Assembly (NCBI GenBank): GCA_001790815.1
Contig: MGDU01000018.1
Location: 788 to 64,787 of the forward strand
Source: Candidatus Uhrbacteria bacterium RIFCSPHIGHO2_02_FULL_46_47
Lineage (GTDB): Bacteria > Patescibacteriota > Patescibacteriia > GWA2-47-26
DNA: 64,000 nt
Reading direction: 5' to 3'
This document shows, in pieces, positions 30,501-38,925 of the stretch; the first letter of the stretch is position 1; the number at the start of each line of letters is the position of its first letter. The notes below the pieces were generated by a model. That model saw nothing but the letters and a program-made list of their open reading frames with translations, was not told the origin of the DNA and did no database searches. A program made the translations under genes and the position numbers.

Positions 30501-33500
30501 AACCGGGGAGGCCGGCCGAAGCGTGCCAGTCCACTGGCAAGGATATTGCGTGCCCGCGTCAGCGCAAAGCGCTTTTTTTGCCACGCTGTCCAAAAGCGGC
30601 ATATTGTCATCGCATTCTTCCCCGGCATCAACCCGGCCGTTTCCGCAAAGCGCGGCTGGTTGAGGCCCTTGACGCAAGCAAGTTGTGGAGCTGCACCACG
30701 GCGCGAAAGTTTCATCGGCTTGCTTTTCACATTCTTCTCCGCGATCCAACCGTTTATTTCCGCAAATCGGAATATCCGAGCGCGTACCTTCATGCAAGCA
30801 TTTGGAAGAACAGCCGTCCCCATCTTGCCGATTGCCATCATCACAGTCTTCGCCAATCCCTACTGTGCTGTTACCGCATATAGGAGTATTTGTCCCCTCA
30901 TTTAAACACTTGTCTGAACAGCCATCTCCATTTGTAAGATTGTTATCATCACAATCTTCAAACAAATCAATATTCCCATCACCACAGCGCAATGCAAAGT
31001 TTGATCCTTCATGCACACATGCGCTTGAACAGCCATCGCCGCTTATTATATTTCCATCATCACAATCTTCGCCCGGGTCAAGGGCGCCATTGCCGCAAGG
31101 CACGGACCAAACTTGCACATTGGCCTTATTGGTAACGGCCGCGGTATTGCCGCTATTGTTTACCATGGCTTTGCTAAATTGCGCGCCCATGCCGGCGTTT
31201 GTACAAACTCCGTCCGCGCAACTTGGCCAGTATGAAATAACGCGCGGCGGCTCAAATTCAACAGTCAAATCGCCTTGTCCGGTTTTATTTTCAGTCGTGG
31301 CTTGGATATGAACCGGGATTGGTTTTCCGGTTTGCTGATCTAGCTCAGTTTCCGCAATCGCGGTTGCGGTGGTGGTCCAGCCCATTTGCGTGCAATATCC
31401 GGAAACGCAAGCCGGAAGCGCGCCAATTGAGCAGTCCGCGTCAGTTGCACAAGCATGTCCAATATGAGGCGGACTTGCTCCCGGATTATAACTCACGGTG
31501 GCCTTGGCAGTATCAGTGCTTTGCCAGGCCCAAGCATAACTTCCGGGTTTTGGAATAACGCAAGGATCTCCGGCGGCAACCGGTACTGCCGAGTACTCAA
31601 TCATTTCATTTTCCGCGCGCGCGGTATATTTTTTCGGCACAACCGCAATGCCACCCACTTTGCAAAGATTGTCTTGCGCATTTGGCTCATTTTTAGTTTT
31701 GAACCTGAAACAGTAGGCCGCGCTGGCATCCCCACAACGCGCTGGCGCGTCTTTTAACACTTCCATGCCTTGCCCTTGACGGACTCCAATATCTTGCGCT
31801 TTAATGCCGCTTGCTCCGCCAATCAATGTTACGCGATACCAGGTATTGGGATCGAAATCAGAAGATGAATAATAGCGGAAGCCGATGTCGCCGGGATATT
31901 CATCAATAAGATTCGCATCTACCGTATTGGCTTCAACCGCGGTGCAAGGATCACCAGTGACTTGCACATCATCAACATACATAGCAAACAATTGCGCTGG
32001 ATCAGAATATTGCGCAATGGTAGCCGCGTCATTGGCTTGCGTCTTAGTTCCTTCGCGCAGATCATACGGCGCGCCTTCCATAAATACGCGCACAAATCCG
32101 GGGGCGGTATGCGCGTCAAAGGTAAGCGATACAGAAACCTGTCGCCAACTTTCTGTAAGCATGGTTTCTTGCGACGCTTTTTGCCACGCATTTGGCGTAT
32201 TTGCCGCAAGTGCAGAACCGTCCCGCTGAATCAAAATTCCGGCGCGCTTGCCAAATGCGGCCGCGTTTCCCGCGCGCACCCAAGCCGTGGCAGTATAGGT
32301 TTTGCCATTGGTGTTTTCAATTGCATTGGCTTGATATCCAAACCAGTGCTCATAATTTTGTTGAATACCAGTCTCATTTGCCCAGCCCGGTCCGGTATCA
32401 TCATCAAGCTTGGTCAGATGCAAAGCATACGTGTCAGTATCATTTGGATTGCGTCCTTCCCCTGGCGCGAGCACTGCGTCAAGCACTTGATTTTCCAATT
32501 GCGCGACAACATCAGTCGGATGCGGCGGATGCGCCCATTTTGCCGTTGTCCCGGCAAACGAAGAATCATTGCCCGTAAGCAGTTCTTGCGTACCAGTGCA
32601 CTTTTGCAATTTGATATTGGTAGCGTTAAGCGTGGCCGGCAAAACCGGCGTGTTAAAGGTTACTGCCACTGCGGCGTTGACGCAGACATTAACATCTTTA
32701 TTGCGTCCGGACTGCGCGGCCGGGCTGGGCGAAGGCGGAAATTCCGGATGATCTATGCCTCCGTCTTCAAATGTATCGCACTGCGCAATAACTTCCGGCA
32801 CAAGCGGCTTGGGAGAAGTGGAAAATTGCCAGCCATAGGCCGAAACAGGCGTTACAAAAGTTGGACACGGGCTGTTGCAACTGCCATCTAAACAGCATAT
32901 CAGCGAAGAGCCGCAATTAAGATACAAGGGGCCAACCGGCGCGCGGCAAGAGCCCACGGTAAATAAGAGCGGATTGGAATAGCGCGTAACGTCGTCAATA
33001 TCCTGCTCCACTATCACCGCTCCGGTGCGCGCCACATTTGGCGGGGTTGCGCTTGGATCATTAGGCAAAGCGGCGCAAGCTTTATTTCCGGACCAGCCGC
33101 TTAAGGGACAAGTATCATTCGGAACCCCGCCAATGTTGGTCGGAGTGGCGCGAGCGGAAACCCAAGATGCACTGCGTGCTCCAGTTACTGGATCAAATGC
33201 CACAGGAGGATCTGGTGAATCTTTGCGCGTAAAGAATAGCCCGCGATCCGCTATAACGCTATTTCCAAAATTCTCGCCATATACGCTTACACGACTCGTA
33301 AGCGGTCCGCCTGTGGGACGAATGCAAGCCAAAAACGGCCCGGGCGTGGTATTGGTAACTTCAAAGTCCTTTCCAGCGGATTGCTGGTCATAACGATAAA
33401 CTTGTACATTATATATTGTACCAATGCTAAGTCCTTGCGGCACTTTGACAGTAATAACATGCGGCGTCCACCAGGTCGTGCCGCATTGAGACGGAAAATT

Positions 33501-35603
33501 AACATCGGCCAATACTGCAACTCCACTGGTGGGATGCACAAAATAAACACTGCCGCACGGGGCACCGTTTGGCGCGCAAAGATCACCAAAATTATTTCCT
33601 AAAATTGAGATTCCCGTACCTACTCCTCCGGAAGGCGGGGTAATGCTTAAAATTTCCGGAAGTGTTCCTTTAAGCGGGGAAAGAACTTCATAAGGCAGGG
33701 CGTTTGAAGCAATGCCTTCCGTGTTCAACACCTGCACTCCAAAAGTTTCATAGTCAATCGGGATAACCGCGGTTTGCGCGCTAGTATCAGTCCAGTTGGC
33801 AACCCCTGCTCCGCCAAGTCCGCCAAACAAAACTGCACCAGGAGTTGCCCCAAACTGCGCGCCTCTAAGGGCAACCGCAGTTCCCCATCCGCCCCTGGCT
33901 TGATCCGCCGGAGGAGATTTTACTGAACACAGACCCGGACGCGCCGTATTATTTACCTCAAACGAGCCGTCTGCGACAATTGATCCTTGCGGAGGCGGAT
34001 GAAGCGGCACCACAGGTCCGCGCGTGTCATCTGTGGAGTCGCGGCAAAGTGAATCGTTTGCCGCGCACCCGGCAGTGGCAAGAGTAATTGGCCCGGTTAC
34101 CGCGCTCTCAGGCAAGCCAGGCAAGCCAACCAGCACAGAATTATCTGTCCAGGTATTTTCTCCAGCGCAGGCCTGTGGAGCAGAAGCCACCTTATCATCT
34201 TCCGGCGCGGAAGTGCCTTTAAATACCACGGTTCCGGCTTGGGATCCAAAACTATATCCGGCCAGCGCCACAAATGTGCCTGGCCGTCCATCACCCGGGG
34301 ACACGCCGGTAATTTTGGTGGGTTCAGCGCATATGCCATTGATGCAAGCTCCGCCGGAGCACTGAATATTTTGAGTGCAGGACGCTCCATTGCAAAGCCC
34401 GCATCCTGAAGGACCATTCACTTGACTGTCGCAATCCACCTGATCTTCATCATCATCTTTAATATCATTGAAACAGTGCAAAGGCCGCACCATTACCGCC
34501 ACTGGTGCTGACAGCGTATTATTATCATCCACATCATACGCCCTGGCCGTGAGCCGACGCGCTTTGGGAGCTGGAGGCGGCGGATACCAGCAAGGAATTT
34601 CCAGCACAGTATCAGTAGGGGTTGTGTCATTGGAAGGCATGATGCTCCCACCCGTTATCAATTGTCCATCCATGTAAAATTTGACCAACGAAACTCCGCC
34701 ATCATCAGTCACTTTTGCCTGCACTCGCACACACGTACCAACTGCCACTGGCTCGCCTTCATCCGGATATTCCAGGGTTACAGTTGGTGGCGCTACATCA
34801 ACCAAAGATCCGCTATGAAAAGCGCCAGTGCATGAGGGCGCGAGCCCGCCGCAAATCAGTTTTTTGCCGTCAGCGCTTAACAGTTTTTCTTTGGCTTCTA
34901 CAGTAAAGTCAGTTTCGGCGTCAAAACACTTGCGATCAGTGTTTGGCGCCGGACATGCCGTGCGCGGCCGCAGTTCAATAGTATAGTCATTTACAATTGG
35001 ATCCGTTTCCACCAGCACTCCTTCATCTCCATCACTTGCTTTGCGGCGCACTTCTATAGTTGAACGTATATTTTCAAGGTCGCCAGTTGGTTTTTTGCTC
35101 AAAGTTACGCGCACTACAATATTGCGTATCGTGCTTGCGCCGCGCGGCGTAATTCCTTTGACAATAAAAGCGTCTTTTGGCAAACCTTCGGGACAATCCG
35201 GGCCAAGACAAGGAGTAGCAATTATGACTTCCCTCGGACCGCGCGTTGCTTCAATCAGTTTATTGATAACAAATTGTGTAATGGCAAATGAGGTTAAGAT
35301 AATAATCAACCCGATAATGGCATTGCGCAGAACTTTTTTTGCTTTTTCAATTGTTTCTTCATTGCCAGCCGCGGTCATCCACAAAAATCCACCGTAGATA
35401 ATTAGCGTTAGCACGACAATGCCAAGAAAACCGAGCGCCACTCGAATAATCCGCGCCGCAATCAGACGCGGGTCAGCCGCCGTCAAAGCCAGCCCCTCCA
35501 CTTCGGCAGAAACCTGAGCAAAACTTGTATATGCTAAAAGCAAGCCCAGTAGTGTAGCTGCGCTTATTATCCAACCTCTCAATTTTTTCATGAGTTTTGC
35601 CAT
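21576..35603 (-). CDS. Giant (4675 aa) surface protein: N-terminal pilin-like TM hairpin, Ig/IPT-like domains, many DUF4215-like CGNG..E.GE.CDDGN repeats, CBM-like domains
   Basis: Single uninterrupted ORF; IIYGGFLWMTAAGNEE.I.KAK pilin motif; repeated CGNG...CDDGN...GDGCS..C..EG. Confidence 0.92.
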   Translation of the reverse strand: MAKLMKKLRGWIISAATLLGLLLAYTSFAQVSAEVEGLALTAADPRLIAARIIRVALGFLGIVVLTLIIYGGFLWMTAAGNEETIEKAKKVLRNAIIGLIIILTSFAITQFVINKLIEATRGPREVIIATPCLGPDCPEGLPKDAFIVKGITPRGASTIRNIVVRVTLSKKPTGDLENIRSTIEVRRKASDGDEGVLVETDPIVNDYTIELRPRTACPAPNTDRKCFDAETDFTVEAKEKLLSADGKKLICGGLAPSCTGAFHSGSLVDVAPPTVTLEYPDEGEPVAVGTCVRVQAKVTDDGGVSLVKFYMDGQLITGGSIMPSNDTTPTDTVLEIPCWYPPPPAPKARRLTARAYDVDDNNTLSAPVAVMVRPLHCFNDIKDDDEDQVDCDSQVNGPSGCGLCNGASCTQNIQCSGGACINGICAEPTKITGVSPGDGRPGTFVALAGYSFGSQAGTVVFKGTSAPEDDKVASAPQACAGENTWTDNSVLVGLPGLPESAVTGPITLATAGCAANDSLCRDSTDDTRGPVVPLHPPPQGSIVADGSFEVNNTARPGLCSVKSPPADQARGGWGTAVALRGAQFGATPGAVLFGGLGGAGVANWTDTSAQTAVIPIDYETFGVQVLNTEGIASNALPYEVLSPLKGTLPEILSITPPSGGVGTGISILGNNFGDLCAPNGAPCGSVYFVHPTSGVAVLADVNFPSQCGTTWWTPHVITVKVPQGLSIGTIYNVQVYRYDQQSAGKDFEVTNTTPGPFLACIRPTGGPLTSRVSVYGENFGNSVIADRGLFFTRKDSPDPPVAFDPVTGARSASWVSARATPTNIGGVPNDTCPLSGWSGNKACAALPNDPSATPPNVARTGAVIVEQDIDDVTRYSNPLLFTVGSCRAPVGPLYLNCGSSLICCLDGSCNSPCPTFVTPVSAYGWQFSTSPKPLVPEVIAQCDTFEDGGIDHPEFPPSPSPAAQSGRNKDVNVCVNAAVAVTFNTPVLPATLNATNIKLQKCTGTQELLTGNDSSFAGTTAKWAHPPHPTDVVAQLENQVLDAVLAPGEGRNPNDTDTYALHLTKLDDDTGPGWANETGIQQNYEHWFGYQANAIENTNGKTYTATAWVRAGNAAAFGKRAGILIQRDGSALAANTPNAWQKASQETMLTESWRQVSVSLTFDAHTAPGFVRVFMEGAPYDLREGTKTQANDAATIAQYSDPAQLFAMYVDDVQVTGDPCTAVEANTVDANLIDEYPGDIGFRYYSSSDFDPNTWYRVTLIGGASGIKAQDIGVRQGQGMEVLKDAPARCGDASAAYCFRFKTKNEPNAQDNLCKVGGIAVVPKKYTARAENEMIEYSAVPVAAGDPCVIPKPGSYAWAWQSTDTAKATVSYNPGASPPHIGHACATDADCSIGALPACVSGYCTQMGWTTTATAIAETELDQQTGKPIPVHIQATTENKTGQGDLTVEFEPPRVISYWPSCADGVCTNAGMGAQFSKAMVNNSGNTAAVTNKANVQVWSVPCGNGALDPGEDCDDGNIISGDGCSSACVHEGSNFALRCGDGNIDLFEDCDDNNLTNGDGCSDKCLNEGTNTPICGNSTVGIGEDCDDGNRQDGDGCSSKCLHEGTRSDIPICGNKRLDRGEECEKQADETFAPWCSSTTCLRQGPQPAALCGNGRVDAGEECDDNMPLLDSVAKKALCADAGTQYPCQWTGTLRPASPVGQGCGNRKIEIGEDCDDGNLQPGDGCDGACRNEGSSPGTIPACGNGGTADAGEDCDDGNTVSGDGCSSKCLNEGRPSATCGNGGKPEIGEDCDDRNTTNNDGCSSICANEGTAAPVCGNGALDNGEDCDDKNVANGDGCSNVCKNEGRPAESVNSNDLILTWDTNTNAVSIDAGMLNPNTNYRVLLRGADNPATTVQVEGLHGLASGGALGKTLSNLNFIYNWEVSGAPHEEGVRCSLLPSAPVDERCNTFSWTFKTKDLPCGVDRVEVNPAQASLYVIGARQPYSSQPYGPPDSCSPQGQKLNQFIYNWSWDTQDQVIATIVNQPGVNTIPSCGDGISEQGEDCDDGNTFADDGCDEFCLNEGSDFEFACGEGDDPDVVEECEKTSLEYETPWCSNNCLHRGSTPCPLGATTNCCGNEIVESGEDCDDGNNLASDGCSPICLNEGTSRATGQCGNGTVDHPQNNPELGGEECDPNETTGIRKYFCNPETCLLRGTLPQPKCGNGIIETGEECDEASKDCGGHPVRQPCAIGNVGDGCSADCLHEGSPRTCGNGKLDKGEDCDDGNAASGDSCSSACLNEGTKAEAGPVSPATLPETPPRRDPFQQARAEGIKKFCRSDTTPDFQETVGGQLVSCTSNTNCTTAGFGICAPTNPWSTTDVQATAGGKTGASPLTVYCVAKTDKDCPVPNGSASPTIGRGSDNCCYNRPTVTARTPTIGEVCRNALIRATFSQPMDQESLSGNFILARQYEDKCPAGTAEVRDNGQIISPNILRNSSFEQETPLAWTLEKDQTANAADNISRRELSSADQIAGTYAISAEMVETDVLAIEQDKAPPDGPSVTATQTVTLPANTSYTLSAKVRVISMGTVTESPIGIGLYKERTGADPYLRFARGPLTQTSGWVNVSGTFTTVEAGEYVVFVAIVGGETEALFDQVELRKVVITQAKSTHIFARAWRWIVELFKRLTPSARAQNPVWCVESDIELTTTAAQNGQAVILQPSKMLGDKDDPVTYRVGIAGDKFTATGEVVKGGLRSQAGVGFNGGAFGLDMSWEFTTGKDICTLDEVEVIVVPPDTAALTATAQTADVEATAYTSATRTATQSHERQPIYPVPGYSWAWSWGSSELETVTATNRTEQRCGGKPYGATTGCSATNPLSPVTLPEQTVTAGTKDGTAQVNATATITEDFVRPESIIQPGICREISGALKCANNSSRTCVTDQDCGEQAGQTRVGFAEFSLFRCDNPWPADATTTYYLIDNEEYGTAPVIDAHILGTERPLNFRTHYCRDGATLLPELSYPPPVLIPLITGLFPKPKNAYYIASSHDNPAPQTLKEILLTAKSFTQGVSVPNGVRQPANDIRENNGSFPDYTFNFPEPGDYEIAVETSNYDHNNDPKDDDLSNLAAVLEAKNIPDAVRAALRNRSDDVKELTGAYYHRIQISLDGAVKGFVVNQAGSETKRNDGRLILRGVSKGDHAVKLTWTNEDETWTNEDKLPSAQLIVDGTTYAEGSIWDPNLKIHKVTLRRGRVKDDAIGIRVLSNPERLPLAAWYNRMGFGGTPSPTPAPIDGYQALQEGNTIYIAATNATTDTTTSPPTKKVFDNVYLISLSEGAPANLKVVFDELIENLKFNVNLENLKTCEKNFCANNPTQDCEDNNDDDCETDGVDGLCVQKSCVKDLDCATGETVVCRSDREKLARDIIRIQQVTAMQAALAGYKARTGRYPTLEAGTFIRSLSTSKWPSWNATFGSALGAPLPQDPIDRFGAPCVSGPTEKGTYNPATCWNEQMQKYICPKGSHIYQYQSLGGVGYKLSSAFELVEKVENETMAWDVYGWDPSTGEQEVDTSGGCEVEAAGTTWSNATAVCGNRIIELPESGNLIIEPPEICELGTENTAVVNFAPGGEKRCTGNPSVTCPTLAENTPCPLDGDGNSQGLCQKLTSCTARRECKSDCSNWNDWPGGTVDAADCSPGGTFCGNGLREDIDLNNDGDTNDSGEHEVCDDGLLNGNYGKCNATCTGLAAHCGDGIKTGAEVCDRQTYNFATETFSTAGTAAAPSTACVNGDYGCCKFDCGGPAQHCGDTFVNGTEQCELGNTGRSAGRCRIVSSGALTATPCTSNAQCDPGQTCAICGPAGTLGGLTTTLTIQQKQPEEDVALDTFEIFLDGSSIGIGTAGYQDEPKTFTLPLGTHSVIIKYKNGYNQGHYQLVWGSGVSFRRTPIIHTSAGATGGSSLYGPAAGTADDYTVGRLHMPQALPVGTILFGHCSISTTLCARDADCPLAGETCTGRSATNGCQLPNGDNGTTAWCARTHSTDPGYIQYDISVSTTSAPTFIGGYSTAFERTCTSGCTWGASGGWSSSCVQTGERCGDGTTNGTEQCDDGQQNTADANNNSTPDGDEDGCLNNCTRAQCGDGKNQIKVCTTGTDAQKGRPCTTNEQCGTGGVCQDPEDCDLGAQNGVPCTPQYGGNCTYCDNQCNAITRTGGFCGNTIYEPPSEQCEGTQGLSYTAGIVGAPKYVCKGTVGTNEYFGNFATVADVDAWVEGNAVAVRHTPGYNSTYTMRIDPSANAGEVRYRFPDTDGKTYVASAWVNTDQTTGSQGVRLIMDREGAPNDTEYKYPPDSSPNSYFQLDHDPNTWQYIELTAAYDAGPNRAYDGWLRIRVENYDDDIHVDQVRLRPGPPTCTANNCTQACRGGSFCQNKLKQCSGGNNPTANCTEPSTVCTGGTCTENNFDRENILQGSVSYKSQPTSAVTNLSSGQYAGDRVSDTCDNDQDNDNYPASTDCNDNNAKVNPDATELCNNAVDEDCNSATDCVAVTLQVSDYSDSNDTFCVYLDDQLIDFAYGGNAKQTSVTSLLPGQYDLEILFHHSDGFIHTHTTTLAGGLVVSIPHQHSPNGDHSGTYRFQKSSNISFVSPNWILHRSSGSSLSTQTGTAANNVHTGTLHDEARKADAVETGSKTAVCSDSNGTIYKGLDDAGSVTYKINVTP

Positions 35604-35681
35604 TGCTATATTGCTATATTGCTATATTGTTTCCGTACCTTCCATATAACAATATAACAGTATAACAATTTAACAATATCT

Positions 35682-37808
35682 CTAGAATCCACACGCTGCC
35701 CCTTGCGCCACGCCATTGCAACAATATGGAAGCGCAACTGTAGTTGCGCAGGAAACTGTAGCGCTTCCCGACACTATTCCATCCGCGCCGGCTGGATAAT
35801 AACAATTTTGATATAAGTCCCGCACTCTGGAAGTTGCTTCATTTGCGTAAGCGGTTTTTTCCCAAAGCCCGCCATGGACAATTCGCGCTAAAGTCCAGCC
35901 ATCCGGATGCGGATGAGCCGCATCTGCTTGCAGATTTTCACCTTGGAGTGTCCACCAACTGTCCCAAAATCCGCCGGTTATCTCATCAGTGCCGGAAAGC
36001 AAGATATTCGCGCTTGAAAAAGTTGTCATGGCCATGAAACGGTCAAAAGTCATTTCAATGGGATTGACAAGCGAGGCGCCGGAGGTCGCGTCGGAATAAG
36101 TAGTAACTGGGGCGGTTTGCTCAATAATCGCTGAACCCAAAAGAATCGTATTGCTGGTAGAAAACGCAAAACGCGCGTTATCGCCGGGCGGCACTACTGC
36201 GGGAGCATATACAATATTCATGTCATAATATGCGGCCGGCCCTTGCGCTGTCCCATTGCTATTTCCATCTAAAGAATTGCCGGCAATATCTTCAATGCCA
36301 TCAAACCGTCCAGCGGACGCGGGGTCGTTCCCGCCCGGTTGAGCCAAAGTAGCGGCCAGCACTCGCGTTTCAATCCTACTGCTTGCCGGCAAACAAAATA
36401 CGTCTTCTCCGCAAGAATTTTGTCCGCAAAGATCAGCACTTATAAACTCAGAGGTGCGATATTGATTGCCCAACCGCCAAGCGCCGGCAAGAAATTCGGA
36501 GGTGTCCGCGCTAAAGACCTGCATCACCCTATAGGAACCAGGCTGAATGCTCAGCCCTGCGGTGGGCCGCGTTCCTGAAACCACCGTGGTGCTACCGGAG
36601 GCCACGGTCGGAAGCACGCCCTCATTAAAATTCACTTGCAACATGGAATTGCGCGGACGGTTTTCCGCGCCCGGAGTTGGAATCACGCTTTGAATGCGTG
36701 GCGGCGTTACATCTAAAAATGTTCCGGTGGTAAATGGCCACTGATAATCCTTAAAGCGCCCTTGAAACGCGGAGGTCTGAGTGGATAAAAGCTTAATGCC
36801 ATTACTTGCGCAATTGCCGCGGCTTGGAAAGGTGCCGCAAAGATATACTTGATATAAAACATCGTCTTTGGGATCGCCAAACAGCGCGCGATGCGTCCGA
36901 TTTGCCCGTTCAACCGGAGCTAGTACAAACGTGCGCAAATCTTGAGTAAAGCTAACCAGCACATCTATATTGCTGGCGTTGCTTCCCAGATATTTTGTCC
37001 CATCGCTTGCGCGCACAGTGCTGGCATTCATGTCCGTGGATTTGATAATCTGAATCGCGCTGGGTATTCCGTCGTTTCCTTCTCGTTTAAGGCGCAGAGC
37101 CGACACTGGGATTCCGCCGATATCCAGAGTGGGAAAATGATAAGCGCCATCTTCGCTTTGCGTAAAAATTTCGGTTCCCTCCGTCGCCTCTGGCACAAGT
37201 TCTGCCAAACTTTCCGGATCAATCTTTTCTTTGAATGTAATAATGATACGCGTGTTGCGCGCGACATTTTCAGCGCCGCGAGGCGGGTAATGACTTTCAA
37301 TTATTCCAGAGCCCAACGCTCCTCCGCCCAGCCGCGGCGGAGCCGCGGAAGGAGAAGGAAGCGGTGGCACTCCCTGATCAGCCAAAAGTTTATTTATTAT
37401 GAATTGAGTAATGGCAAAAGCAGAAAGAATAATCGCCAAACCAATCGTGGCATTAATAAGTACTTTTTTGGCTTTGGCAATGGTTTCTTCATTTCCCGCG
37501 GAAGTCATCCAAAGATATCCGCCGTATAGAATAAGCACAAGCGCCACCATGCCTAAAAATCCTAAGGCAACGCGAATAATTTTTGCCACAATAATGCGCG
37601 GATCAGTTGTAGGCAAGGCCAGCCCGGCAAGGCCTGGAACCTCGGCAATTTGTGTTATCGGAACTGCGCCCGGCGCAGGAAGAGCTTGCGGGGCAGGAGG
37701 CGGCGGCGGAGGGGCAATCTGTTGTGCAAAAACAAAAATTGGGACAACCAAAAATATGGCAAGTCCCAATATGATGAAAAAATACCTTTTTTTAGCTAAG
37801 CTTCGCAT
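35682..37808 (-). CDS. Pilin-like membrane protein with Ig-like (Big_5-type) domains
   Basis: Same N-terminal pilin motif (ILYGGYLWMTSAGNEE); P...A.NV.RN..I...F repeats. Confidence 0.85.
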   Translation of the reverse strand: MRSLAKKRYFFIILGLAIFLVVPIFVFAQQIAPPPPPPAPQALPAPGAVPITQIAEVPGLAGLALPTTDPRIIVAKIIRVALGFLGMVALVLILYGGYLWMTSAGNEETIAKAKKVLINATIGLAIILSAFAITQFIINKLLADQGVPPLPSPSAAPPRLGGGALGSGIIESHYPPRGAENVARNTRIIITFKEKIDPESLAELVPEATEGTEIFTQSEDGAYHFPTLDIGGIPVSALRLKREGNDGIPSAIQIIKSTDMNASTVRASDGTKYLGSNASNIDVLVSFTQDLRTFVLAPVERANRTHRALFGDPKDDVLYQVYLCGTFPSRGNCASNGIKLLSTQTSAFQGRFKDYQWPFTTGTFLDVTPPRIQSVIPTPGAENRPRNSMLQVNFNEGVLPTVASGSTTVVSGTRPTAGLSIQPGSYRVMQVFSADTSEFLAGAWRLGNQYRTSEFISADLCGQNSCGEDVFCLPASSRIETRVLAATLAQPGGNDPASAGRFDGIEDIAGNSLDGNSNGTAQGPAAYYDMNIVYAPAVVPPGDNARFAFSTSNTILLGSAIIEQTAPVTTYSDATSGASLVNPIEMTFDRFMAMTTFSSANILLSGTDEITGGFWDSWWTLQGENLQADAAHPHPDGWTLARIVHGGLWEKTAYANEATSRVRDLYQNCYYPAGADGIVSGSATVSCATTVALPYCCNGVAQGAACGF

Positions 37809-37918
37809 GGGGAAGGGTTACTGCATCTATCATACACCACCTTGGTTGTGGGTTTCAAGAGTGCTTGCAAAAAAAACCACCCTTTTAGGGTGATTTTGTC
37901 TTTACCACTTTTATATAA

Positions 37919-38383
37919 CTAGCCCAATAGCTCTTTTACGATCTTGCTCACTACCGTCCCATCGGCTTGGCCTTTGGTTTCTTTCATGACCGCGCCCATT
38001 ACTTTGCCGAAGTCAGACGGCGCCACCTTTCCCATTTTGGCAATCACGCCCTTGGCTATTTCGCGCACTTTTCCCTCTTCCATTTGCGCCGGCAGATATT
38101 TTTTCAACACCACAAGCTCGGCCTGATTTTGCGCGACTAGATCCTCCCGTCCACCTTGCTTAAACAATTCTCCTGCTTCTTCAGTTTGTTTCACTTGTCT
38201 TTTTACAATGGCCAGCGCCTCATCATCAGTCAGTTTTGCCTCGCGATTACTGGTTTTCGCGCGCTTTTCAATTTCCGCATTTTGCACCGCGGTCTTTACC
38301 CCACGCAAAACCTCAATCGTAATTTTATCTCCACCCCGAAAAGCCTTCTTGTAATCTTCGTCTATTGTTTGCATCAATCCCAT
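37919..38383 (-). CDS. yqeY: GatB/YqeY domain protein
   Basis: GGR.DL...E..VL.KYLP.Q, D.GKVMG.VM...KG.ADG; lies downstream of rpsU. Confidence 0.92.
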   Translation of the reverse strand: MGLMQTIDEDYKKAFRGGDKITIEVLRGVKTAVQNAEIEKRAKTSNREAKLTDDEALAIVKRQVKQTEEAGELFKQGGREDLVAQNQAELVVLKKYLPAQMEEGKVREIAKGVIAKMGKVAPSDFGKVMGAVMKETKGQADGTVVSKIVKELLG

Positions 38384-38639
38384 ATTTTTATTTTCCCTCA
38401 CGAAGGCGCGGGCATATTACTAACACCGAATTCAGACCACCGAAGGGCATGCCCGCAAAGAAAACCCTGGCGTAGCCGAGCATTGCATTATTGATTTCTG
38501 TTTAAGTGGTGTTGCGAGGCGAGCCGGAGCGCGGCGGAAATAATTTTGCCCAACCTTGCGGTAGCGCCGACGCGAGTTTTCGTGCGGGCTGCCCGAGGTG
38601 GTCGCATATCGTGAAATGCCGTATGCCGACGCCAACACC

Positions 38640-38882
38640 TTACCTCCGCCCTCTCTTCATCGTCTCCTCCGGCAATTTTCCAAGCTTTTTTAATTTATCG
38701 TACTCGCGCTGAAGTTCCACGCGCCTAAGCGCTGATTTTTTAAGTTCAGTCTCGTTTTTCTTTCCGGCATGAAACCGAATTTTCTTGGCATGACGGATTT
38801 TTCCGGAAAGCTGAAGCCGACGGCTAAAACGCCTAAGCATGCTTTCAAATGATTCTCCGCGTCTTCGTTTTACTTCTACCAT
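38640..38882 (-). CDS. rpsU: 30S ribosomal protein S21
   Basis: VEVKRR.GESFESMLRRF.R; rpsU-yqeY synteny. Confidence 0.85.
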   Translation of the reverse strand: MVEVKRRRGESFESMLRRFSRRLQLSGKIRHAKKIRFHAGKKNETELKKSALRRVELQREYDKLKKLGKLPEETMKRGRR

Positions 38883-38925
38883 ATTCCACACTCCTTTCTA
38901 TAATATTATAGTTATAATACCGCAT

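Noticed and set aside
28700-31100. DNA repeat array inside the giant gene
   Set aside because: These are degenerate protein-level cysteine-rich repeats with synonymous variation, not a nucleic-acid element.
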